From NCBI GenBank assembly GCA_031402515.1, contig JANNSK010000008.1, forward strand, positions 9,717 through 73,716: a DNA stretch of 64,000 bases. The letters run 5' to 3'. Origin of the DNA: Alphaproteobacteria bacterium. Its GTDB lineage: Bacteria > Pseudomonadota > Alphaproteobacteria > Rickettsiales > UBA3002. The notes under the pieces were generated by a model that saw only the letters and a list, made by a program, of their open reading frames with translations, made no database searches and was not told the origin of the DNA. Each line of letters starts with the position of its first letter. Position 1 is the first letter of the stretch. Of this stretch, positions 38,901 to 46,622 are shown one piece after another. The position numbers were made by a program, and so were the translations under genes.

Positions 38901-40422
38901 AGGATAAAGCAGAAGCCTCGATCGTGGCAAGCTCGCCGATGTCGGCAGCGGTCAAGGCACCGATATTGGCGCCGGTGTCGGCAATCGTTACCGCATCGGT
39001 ACCAGCAATCACAATCGTATTTAATGCGGCAGCTTGTGCGGCAGTGAATGAAATAACGTTGTCCGACGCGTTAATAGTGATCGACAAAGCGGTGGCGGCA
39101 AGCAGATCCGCAAAGTCGGCAGCACTCATGCCGCCAATGGCAGCACCAGTGTCGGCAATCGTGACCGCATCGTTGGCGGCAATGCCGACTGCGCCGAGGG
39201 CCGAAGCTTTCGCCGCCGTCCAGGTGAAGGCGTTATCGGAAGCGTTGATTTCATCGACAAAGTCACCGGCAAGACGACCGATTTCAACAGCGGTGAAGCC
39301 ACCAATGGCAGCGCCGGTATCCGCCACCGTTACCACGTCAGCAGTAGTGAAGGCAGCGCCGTTCGTTACCGCGTTGATTTTAGCCACGGTGAGGTTGAGG
39401 ACGTTATCCGTCGCATCCACAACATCCACACCTTGCGTGACATACGCAGCGAGCGCTGCGGCGCTGAGCGCTTCGATGTTGGCTTGCGTATCGGCGAGGG
39501 TTACGGTATCGCCCGCAGCAAGCGTGATGGGGAATGCGGCAAGCGCATCAAGCTGTGCGAGGCTGAAGGTAGCCGCGTTGTCGGTCGCGTCATAGGCGAC
39601 GACCTGCGAATCCAGGGCAGCGATGGCCGCAGCGCTGATGGCGGTAAGGTTGGCGCCAGTATCCGCCAGCGTGACGCTATCGCTTGCATGCAGCTTGGCA
39701 ATACCCGCGTCATATTTTGCTTTGGTCCAGGAAATGACGTCGTTGGAAGCATTGAGCACATCTACCGTTGCCGTACCGAGCTCACCCACCGTCAGTGTGG
39801 CGATGTTGGCGCCAGTATCAGCAATAGTAACCGTATCGCCCGCGGCAAGCGTGACGGCGCCGAGCGAAGTGAATTGCGCCACGGTGAGCGATAGCGCGTT
39901 GTCCGACGTATCGATGGTGTCAACGCCGTTGGAGGCGAGCGCAGCGATTTGCACTGCGGTAAGCGCCGCCGTGTTCGCGCCCGTGTCGGCCAGCGTAACG
40001 GTGTTCGACGCGTCAATCGCCATACCGCCGTTGGTAATGGCACTGTATTGCGCAACGAGGTAGGAGACAGAACCATCCGATGCGGTGACGATGCCGAAGC
40101 CTTTGGCAGCAATCGCCGTGAAGTTGGCCGCCGAAACACCAGCAAGGTTGGCGCCGCTATCAGAAAGAATAAGGAAGTCGTCCCCGTCGACCGTAACCGC
40201 GCTTGCCGCCAGCGCTACTGACTGGTCAGCGGCCAGAGTGATCAAATCGTCGCTCGCATCAATGGCGTCTATCCCGTTGGCGGCCAGCCCGGAGATCTGC
40301 GCGGCGGAGAGCCCCGCAATGTTCGCGCCCGTATCATCGATGGTGTAGACATCGCCACCAGCGTATGGCTGGCTGGCGCCATCGCCGAGATAGAATGCTA
40401 CAGTAATGTTGAAATTGGCCAT
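32965..40422 (-). CDS. Giant secreted repeat protein (2485 aa) with a C-terminal RTX Ca-binding block; probable T1SS substrate/adhesin
   Basis: About 30-35 tandem ~56-aa repeats (T.[10 protein letters not shown]....I..L...GVD.IDASDN..SLT.AQ..ALG.V...AGD.V). These are followed by about 290 aa of GGxGxDxUx nonapeptides and a ~109-aa C-terminal tail ([18 protein letters not shown]...). Confidence 0.9.
   Translation of the reverse strand: [2485 protein letters not shown]
33295..34170 (-). repeat. RTX nonapeptide block (about 30 GGxGxD units), approximate bounds
   Basis: [38 protein letters not shown]... read from the ORF translation. Confidence 0.85.
34171..40330 (-). repeat. Coding tandem array of ~168-nt (~56-aa) units, approximate bounds
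   Basis: The DTGANI...IDASDN...LT.AQ periodicity is visible throughout the translation. Confidence 0.85.
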
Positions 40423-41045
40423 GATGGAACTCCCTAAAGGATTAAACGGTTAAATTGAGTGAATAGGATTGGTTGGAATTGGTTAATAGCAAGCCGCGTA
40501 AGCGAGCAATAGCGGAGACTGCGATATGCATAAGCGGCGCGCAAGCGAAGAGCAATACAGCTGACGGCGCGGCGGCGCGCGACCCTTGTCCAGATGCTGC
40601 TTCGAGCGAGCGTTTCATTTTTTTAACGATCATCGGTACTCCGAAATTGATTACACTACCTGTGCAGGATCGACTGGTAAGCTACCAAGAACATTGACGC
40701 TAATTGAACGCAAGTTTGATACCCCACTATCGCAGCGAGTGTACATTGCTTTGGGTGTATTATCTTTACTAAATGTCGATTTTTATTTTTGTAGGTGCAA
40801 GTATATCACGCCGCGAAAGCCGACCTTCGCAAAGGCGCGGAAATACTTTGTTACACCATGTTTGGCACGCCGCATAGCTTGTGGATAAGCTTGTGACCTA
40901 TTCCGTTAAGTCGCGTTATAGCGGCGGTTAATAATTTATTAATTTTAAAACACCCTGTTAACTAAAACATTAACCAAAATTTGGATGCCGAATGCACAAG
41001 AAGTCATTATGAGTGGTGCATTATTCATTAGCCTCGGAGAATCCC

Positions 41046-41705
41046 ATGCAGCTACCTCGCTCTACCCTTATGATCGGCCTTGTCGCCGTTGCGGGGATTG
41101 CCGCACTGACCATCATGCAGCGCCCTGCATTACACGTTGAATCAGAAGCCATCGGCGAGAATGGCGCCATTGCTGAACCATACGCACTCTGCAAAGCAAC
41201 GGAAACCAGCAAAAGCGGGCGCGGCGAGAATATACGACCCACGATTTCCTGGTCGGATGCGCCAAAAGAAACCAAGTCGTTCGCACTCGTTATATCCGAT
41301 CCCGATGTGCCTGCCGATTTCACCGATGCGGGCAAAGAGGGAAAAACCATCCCTGCCAATGCGCCACGTCAGATATTCTACCACTGGGCGCTGGCAGATA
41401 TTCCGGCAGACATTGTCAGCATCCCCGGTGGCAACGCACGTAAAGCGCCCGGCTTCGGCGCGGCGGCCCTGAGTGATCTTGGCAGTTATGTGCCCAATGC
41501 GAAAAACTACGGGGGGCCCTGCCCACCTTGGAACGATGAACGCGTGCACCACTATCACTTCACCATCTATGCGCTTGATGTGCCGACTCTGGGATTGCCG
41601 CCGAACGCCACGGCAAAGGATATGGCGGCTGCCGTCGCCGACCATACGCTGGCATCGGGGAAAATCATCGGCACCTACACGCTGAATCCGGCGTTGCGGA
41701 AATAG
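41046..41705 (+). CDS. YbhB/YbcL (PEBP/Raf-kinase-inhibitor-like) periplasmic protein
   Basis: PEBP signature (DPDVP ... HYHFTIYALD). Signal/TM N-terminus. Start taken at MQLPRS. Confidence 0.8.
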   Translation: MQLPRSTLMIGLVAVAGIAALTIMQRPALHVESEAIGENGAIAEPYALCKATETSKSGRGENIRPTISWSDAPKETKSFALVISDPDVPADFTDAGKEGKTIPANAPRQIFYHWALADIPADIVSIPGGNARKAPGFGAAALSDLGSYVPNAKNYGGPCPPWNDERVHHYHFTIYALDVPTLGLPPNATAKDMAAAVADHTLASGKIIGTYTLNPALRK

Positions 41706-41760
41706 CAAACCCTGAAATACCGTTGCCGCGCCATAGTAATTCATCTATCCAAACCCTCGT

Positions 41761-41850
41761 GGAGAGGTGGCCGAGTGGTTTAAGGCAGCAGTCTTGAAAA
41801 CTGCCGTACTGGCAACGGTACCGTGAGTTCGAATCTCACCCTCTCCGCCA
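41761..41850 (+). tRNA. tRNA-Ser (anticodon UGA), CCA encoded
   Basis: Acceptor GGAGAGG/CCTCTCC, anticodon loop CTTGAAA, long variable arm, T-loop GTTCGAATC. Confidence 0.95.
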
Positions 41851-41964
41851 TTATTTATTCCAAGGAAATCTGATACAATTCATTTTTCCTTGGAAATAAT
41901 GGCAGGAATCCTTACTTGTAAGCCAAGCTGGGCTTTATTGGATTTTCTTGCATCCAAGTCAAAT

Positions 41965-41988
41965 ACGGGTAGATTTGCGGGTAGATTT
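41965..41988 (+). repeat. Tandem 12-mers (a/g)cgggtagattt x2 upstream of int; candidate integrase arm sites
   Basis: Direct reading. Related copies gggtagaaaa / gcgggtagatta lie at 46531..46552. Confidence 0.6.
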
Positions 41989-42007
41989 ACCTGCAGGAGT
42001 CTAACTC

Positions 42008-43222
42008 ATGGCGCTCACAGAACTGGCGATTAAGAGCCAAAAACCAAAATCAAAAGCCTATCGCGTTGCCGATGCTGGGGGTCTAACGCTTGAAATAGCC
42101 CCTTCTGGTAGCAAACTATGGCGCTGGCGCTATTACTATCACGGTAAAGAGCAAATGCTCGCTCTTGGCAAATATCCCACCGTTACCCTTGCTGAAGCCA
42201 GAAAGCGGCGCGATGCAGCGCGTGCCTTATTGGAGGCAGGCAAACACCCCTCGCGCGAGAAGCAAGCCACCAAGCTGCGCCGAATAAGCGAAGGCGAGAA
42301 TACCTTTGAGCGTGTCGCCCGCCATTGGATGACAACCAAACAAAAGGGCCTGAATAAAAAATACGTCACTCAAAACCTTGCGCGCATGGAGCAGCGAGTT
42401 TTCCCGATGATTGGCAACCTACCTATTGCAGAGATAACCATTCCCGATGTGGTGCGCGTAGTGGAGAGTATTAGCGAACGCGGCACCATCGAAACTGCCA
42501 AGCGGATGAAACAAATCATAAGCCAAGTATTTCGGTATGCAGCGCAGCGCGCCATGTGTGAGCATAACCCTGCTGCTGACTTACGCGGTATTTTACCTAC
42601 ACCAGATAAAAAGCATCACGCCTGCGTTCCCCTCAATGAATTACCTCAGCTATTAAAGGCCATCGAAGCCCGTGAGCCTGACCTCACCAAGGCCGCGATG
42701 GAGCTGCTCGCCCTTACCTTTGTGCGCACTGGTGAGCTTATCGGCGCGAAGTGGGATGAAATCGACTGGGTGCGCGAGGAGTGGCACATACCCGCAGAAC
42801 GCATGAAGATGAAGCGGCCGCATGTGGTGCCGTTATCAAAGCAAGCTATTACCATACTCCATGAGTTGCGGCGTCGGACAGGTAACCACGAGTACGTCTT
42901 TTTTAGCGCCGCTAGCAAAAGCAACCATGTCAGCAACGGGATTGTACTCATGGCACTGCGTCGCATGGGTTATCAGGGGCGCATGACGGGGCACGGCTTT
43001 AGAACGCTTGCCAGCACCATCCTAAACGAAAAGGGCTACCCACCTGATGTAATCGAGCGCCAGTTGGCGCATGAGGACAGCGACAAGATACGTTCGGCCT
43101 ACAACCGTGCCGAGTACCTGCTCGAACGCAAGAAAATGATGCAAGATTATGCTGATATTCTCGATGCCATGATGAAGCCAGCCAAGGACAAGGTCGTTAA
43201 GATGAAGAGGGCTGCGCGATGA
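42008..43222 (+). CDS. int: Tyrosine recombinase/integrase (P4-like, DUF4102 N-terminus)
   Basis: N-terminal KAYRVADAGGLTLEIAPSGSKLWRWRY. Catalytic region has HGFR...LAHED...Y. Confidence 0.9.
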   Translation: MALTELAIKSQKPKSKAYRVADAGGLTLEIAPSGSKLWRWRYYYHGKEQMLALGKYPTVTLAEARKRRDAARALLEAGKHPSREKQATKLRRISEGENTFERVARHWMTTKQKGLNKKYVTQNLARMEQRVFPMIGNLPIAEITIPDVVRVVESISERGTIETAKRMKQIISQVFRYAAQRAMCEHNPAADLRGILPTPDKKHHACVPLNELPQLLKAIEAREPDLTKAAMELLALTFVRTGELIGAKWDEIDWVREEWHIPAERMKMKRPHVVPLSKQAITILHELRRRTGNHEYVFFSAASKSNHVSNGIVLMALRRMGYQGRMTGHGFRTLASTILNEKGYPPDVIERQLAHEDSDKIRSAYNRAEYLLERKKMMQDYADILDAMMKPAKDKVVKMKRAAR

Positions 43223-43722
43223 CTATAGAGCGTTTCCCTTACGAGGTGAGCGTACTGCCGGACAAAGTGCGGGTTAAGTTTGATGGCAAGCATGACCCAA
43301 AGGAAGCTGATGCGCTCATCAAGCAGGCAATTATGAATAGTACCCCCAGAGCCCGCATAGAGAAGCTGCGGCGGCATCCTGAAATGGGAGCAGAAGCTGA
43401 CCGCCTTCAAGCCTTGCTTGCCGCAGGTGTAACCGATGATGGGTTCTTTGATAAAATCGCCCTTGCAGAAAAAGATGCATTTTTGCTGGACGCCCACCCA
43501 AAACTCTTGAGGGATGCAAAGCGGCAAGCTGGTGCGAGAAAAGAACGGCGACCAGAAATAACTCATTGGATTGAGCAGCATTTGAGACATGACCCCAGAG
43601 CTAAAAGCCCAGATTTATGGAAAATCGCTCCTGAATTTATTACCGATGCCATTACGGAACATCCTTTCAAGAAACGTGTCACCGCTGTTCGAAAGAAAAT
43701 GAAGTGCGCTGCTAATAAATAG
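43219..43722 (+). CDS. Hypothetical protein (island-borne)
   Basis: 167 aa. Its start overlaps the int stop. I recognise no family. Confidence 0.5.
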   Translation: MTIERFPYEVSVLPDKVRVKFDGKHDPKEADALIKQAIMNSTPRARIEKLRRHPEMGAEADRLQALLAAGVTDDGFFDKIALAEKDAFLLDAHPKLLRDAKRQAGARKERRPEITHWIEQHLRHDPRAKSPDLWKIAPEFITDAITEHPFKKRVTAVRKKMKCAANK

Positions 43723-43788
43723 CGGCGCAGTCGTCATTTAAGCTGCCTCCATCCAAACAATTCTGTTTGGACTCTTGGAGGTCAGACA

Positions 43789-43974
43789 ATGACAAAAATC
43801 CTAAAATTACCCGCTGTAATGGAAGCTACGGGACTATCTCGTTCATCCATTTATGCTTTCATCAAAAAGGGCAGTTTTCCTGCAGCCATTCGTTTAGGTG
43901 CACGCGCTGTCGGCTGGGATGAAGCCGAAATCGCCACATGGAAAGAGCAGCGAATTGCCCAGCGCGCTGCGTGA
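43789..43974 (+). CDS. alpA: AlpA-family transcriptional regulator / excisionase
   Basis: 61 aa; LPAVMEATGLSRSSIYAFIKKGSFPAAIRLGARAVGWDEAEIATW is the classic AlpA HTH. Confidence 0.85.
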   Translation: MTKILKLPAVMEATGLSRSSIYAFIKKGSFPAAIRLGARAVGWDEAEIATWKEQRIAQRAA

Positions 43975-43992
43975 AAAGACCCATACAGAAAA

Positions 43993-44017
43993 CCCCACCT
44001 GTCTGGGTGGGGTCTTT
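43993..44017 (+). terminator. Rho-independent terminator after alpA
   Basis: ccccacc-tgtctg-ggtgggg followed by tcttt. Confidence 0.6.
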
Positions 44018-44560
44018 GCGGGTCTCTGGTGGGAGTCCCCGCATCGTTGATTGCGACTGCACGAGCGATTGTAATGTTATCGCTCATCGTGTCAACGCCG
44101 ATGTCCTGCCCACGGTTGTGCCTTCCCGATTCCAAAAGGCTCTATCTCCGCGCGGTCTTTGCCCTTTAAGACGAGTTAAAGAGGGATTTCCGAGCGCCCG
44201 AATGGTCGTTAGCGTCCTGAGGGATAACCTGACACGAAAGCCCAAGCATCCGGCGTAATGAACATGCGGAAGGGGAGACCGGCTGGTCACCGATAATAGA
44301 CAGTCAGGCTATACGGGGATGAAAAGCTAACCGTCTAAACCGTGAGAACTCCTGTGAGGGAGGGAGACGAGCGGAAAGCGGAGTATTGCCTAAAATTTAG
44401 GTGACGTTTTTTAGAATTATATTTCAATAGGGTGGGCGGGGTCGCTTCAATTCTAAAAGAGCCTCGACTCGGTGACACGGCACATCAAACTCTCTTATCA
44501 CAAACTCAGAATTTTGCCCTCGCGCGCGCGGATGCTCGTTAGCAGATACTCAAGGCCATC

Positions 44561-45121
44561 CTAACGGCTTTCTCGCTTGGTTCCTTCAATTTTGGGAGGG
44601 CAAAGCGCCTCAAAGCTGCCTTCCCAGTTCTTACGCGCAGCATCCTCGCAACTCAACCAATCGGCCCTTCGTCCAAGTTCTTTATCCAAGCGGGCGAAGA
44701 ATAGATTGAACGCTGCGGGGCTAAATATCTTTGCCTCGCCAGTGGAACTTGGGAGCGTATAAACGCTAGTTCCCGCGATGGCACCTGTTGCGCCACCAGT
44801 TTGGATACTGCTTAGGTCTAGGTATATCTTTGTTCCCTTGCCCGTTTTTTCGGTGTCAACTTTCCACTGGGTTACGCCTTCGTGAAACGCAAGCAGAAGA
44901 AAGAGCGTCCACGGCTTGGTGGCAACCAGACCGCGCGGTTGATGTGAAATGGTGTATTCGTTGTCGGACTTCCTTAACACTTCTTCTGCCGCGCGAATCA
45001 GCCTTTCCTGAGACAAGCCATAAGTACGACTGGCAACTAAAAGGTACTCCTCTCTCGTGACCTGTCGATTTTCGGCGCAGGCGGCAACGAGAAGGGTTAA
45101 CGCAAGAACGAATGACTTCAT
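44561..45121 (-). CDS. Hypothetical lipoprotein (island cargo)
   Basis: Lipobox LLVAAC at the N-terminus. 186 aa. No family recognised. Confidence 0.6.
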   Translation of the reverse strand: MKSFVLALTLLVAACAENRQVTREEYLLVASRTYGLSQERLIRAAEEVLRKSDNEYTISHQPRGLVATKPWTLFLLLAFHEGVTQWKVDTEKTGKGTKIYLDLSSIQTGGATGAIAGTSVYTLPSSTGEAKIFSPAAFNLFFARLDKELGRRADWLSCEDAARKNWEGSFEALCPPKIEGTKRESR

Positions 45122-45140
45122 ATCAATGACTCCTGTCAGC

Positions 45141-45518
45141 TTAAGGTTTAAGCCACGCTTTAGATTGAGGTGAAAACAAAAGGCAAAATGCCACTATCTG
45201 TAATATCATTGGTGCGATAATGAGGATGCCGATTATACCAAGTGAAAGATAAGTTTCTAATGAGGCAACAAATGGCAAGAATCCGAGTCCCCAAATAACA
45301 ACAAAAATCCATTTAGCCGTATTGCTTTGTCTTCGACTTATGAAGAACACTAAAGTTAGCGTTATAGCTATAGCGACCACGAATGTTGCCATCGTAAAAC
45401 CTTTTCCAAAAGCATCGCTGAATAGCTTGTAATTCAAAAGCATATTGATTACTGAAATCAACTGCGAGACCAACATCAGTTGCTCAAACTTTTTTATATG
45501 CTCAGGCATGCTTTTCAT
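45141..45518 (-). CDS. Hypothetical small polytopic membrane protein (island cargo)
   Basis: Start taken at MKSMPEHIKKF. Three to four hydrophobic segments. AT-rich codon usage. Confidence 0.55.
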   Translation of the reverse strand: MKSMPEHIKKFEQLMLVSQLISVINMLLNYKLFSDAFGKGFTMATFVVAIAITLTLVFFISRRQSNTAKWIFVVIWGLGFLPFVASLETYLSLGIIGILIIAPMILQIVAFCLLFSPQSKAWLKP

Positions 45519-45522
45519 AAAA

Positions 45523-46209
45523 TTACCTCGTTGATATTGCCCATCCACACGCCGCCGCAACCTTGCCGATGTGCGAGTAAAACCCACGCAAATTGAAACG
45601 AACTAAGGCAAGCGATGAGTTGAATGGTAAAAACTCAAAAATCATCTCTTCGGCACCCAGCATGCTTTTCGCAAGCTGTATAGGATGCGGAGCGAATAAT
45701 GCTTCGCCATCAGTCGATTTGCCCCACGACTGGTTGTAAGCAGGGTTTTTATCAATTCTGATTCTGACACCTGCCTTTTGATAAGAGTATGCGCCTGACT
45801 TAGCCTGCGTGTAAGTGTGGACATAAATTTCTGTTCGATTTTCTTTGCAACGCACCGTTAGCGTGGGTCGTACATTCTTAAGCCACGCCTGCACTTCATT
45901 GGTGGCATCAAGTTCGAGAGCGATTCCCTGACTATCATCCATTGGAGAGGTCGTGTTATAGACCCTCCAAGACGGAGTCGAATAATCGCTGGTTTTTTTA
46001 GGTTCAGTATTGGTTTTTATTTTACCAAAAAACTGCGGGCATTCACCGCCACGGCAATACCCCTTCAGGAATCCTTCTTTGGCAGCCTCCTGATAAGCTG
46101 GATTAGAGACAAGAAAATAAATGGCTAAAGCAAGGCTGCCTAATGCAGTTTTGCGTTTGTTTCCCACCCAAAGCACTGTCGCTATGAGCAGAAAAAACAA
46201 GATGGTCAT
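45523..46209 (-). CDS. Hypothetical N-terminally anchored periplasmic protein (island cargo)
   Basis: Start taken at MTILFFLLIATVLWV. Single TM followed by a ~190-aa soluble domain with a Cys pair. No family recognised. Confidence 0.55.
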   Translation of the reverse strand: MTILFFLLIATVLWVGNKRKTALGSLALAIYFLVSNPAYQEAAKEGFLKGYCRGGECPQFFGKIKTNTEPKKTSDYSTPSWRVYNTTSPMDDSQGIALELDATNEVQAWLKNVRPTLTVRCKENRTEIYVHTYTQAKSGAYSYQKAGVRIRIDKNPAYNQSWGKSTDGEALFAPHPIQLAKSMLGAEEMIFEFLPFNSSLALVRFNLRGFYSHIGKVAAACGWAISTR

Positions 46210-46530
46210 CGGCTCCCCCCACTGGTGGCCGGGGAGTTTCAAAACCTACTGTAAGGAAGGTCGCGCATATCTTTAGGCTTTCGCCCTGAACATACACATG
46301 CGCCTCCCCGACCGTGTGGTCGAGGAGTGCTTGCGGTGCACTTGAACCGCTTACAGTAGGGGTTTGAACGCCCCACCTAGCTTGGCTAGGCGAAGTGCAT
46401 AATAGCCGTTATACGCCGCATGGCAACGATTTACATATAGGTGCATTTTTTGAATATTCGTCGGAAGAATACCGTTTGTATCTTGCAAGCTATGAATCCA
46501 AGTTGATGCACTGGAATCCAAGGTATTGGT

Positions 46531-46552
46531 GGGTAGAAAAGCGGGTAGATTA
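46531..46552 (+). repeat. GGGTAGA repeats near the right island end (candidate arm sites)
   Basis: gggtagaaaa gcgggtagatta, in the same orientation as 41965..41988. Confidence 0.5.
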
Positions 46553-46622
46553 CTGATGCCATGAAGGAAGGTTGGCTGCTGCCAAGGCTTGCAGGCTATT
46601 GTTAGGCTGTCACCCTCCGCCA

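Noticed and set aside
33145-39595. Many long + strand ORFs (396, 544, 348, 309, 270 aa ...) inside the giant gene region
   Set aside because: They are all antisense or out-of-frame readings of the repetitive Ala/Asp/Gly-rich RTX gene. They have low-complexity Val/Ser/Arg-rich sequences with no independent support.
34171-40330. Periodic DNA repeats that could be mistaken for a CRISPR or satellite array
   Set aside because: The period (~168 nt) is in frame within one uninterrupted 7.4 kb ORF, and the units are divergent. There is no repeat-spacer structure and there are no cas genes.
40100-40422. LapA-like N-terminal retention module / (T/P)AAG LapG cleavage site in the giant RTX protein
   Set aside because: The N-terminus goes straight into the ~56-aa repeats. 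I see only AAQ/AAN/AAK dipeptide contexts and no clear TAAG/PAAG site. I therefore do not claim this protein is the BTLCP substrate.
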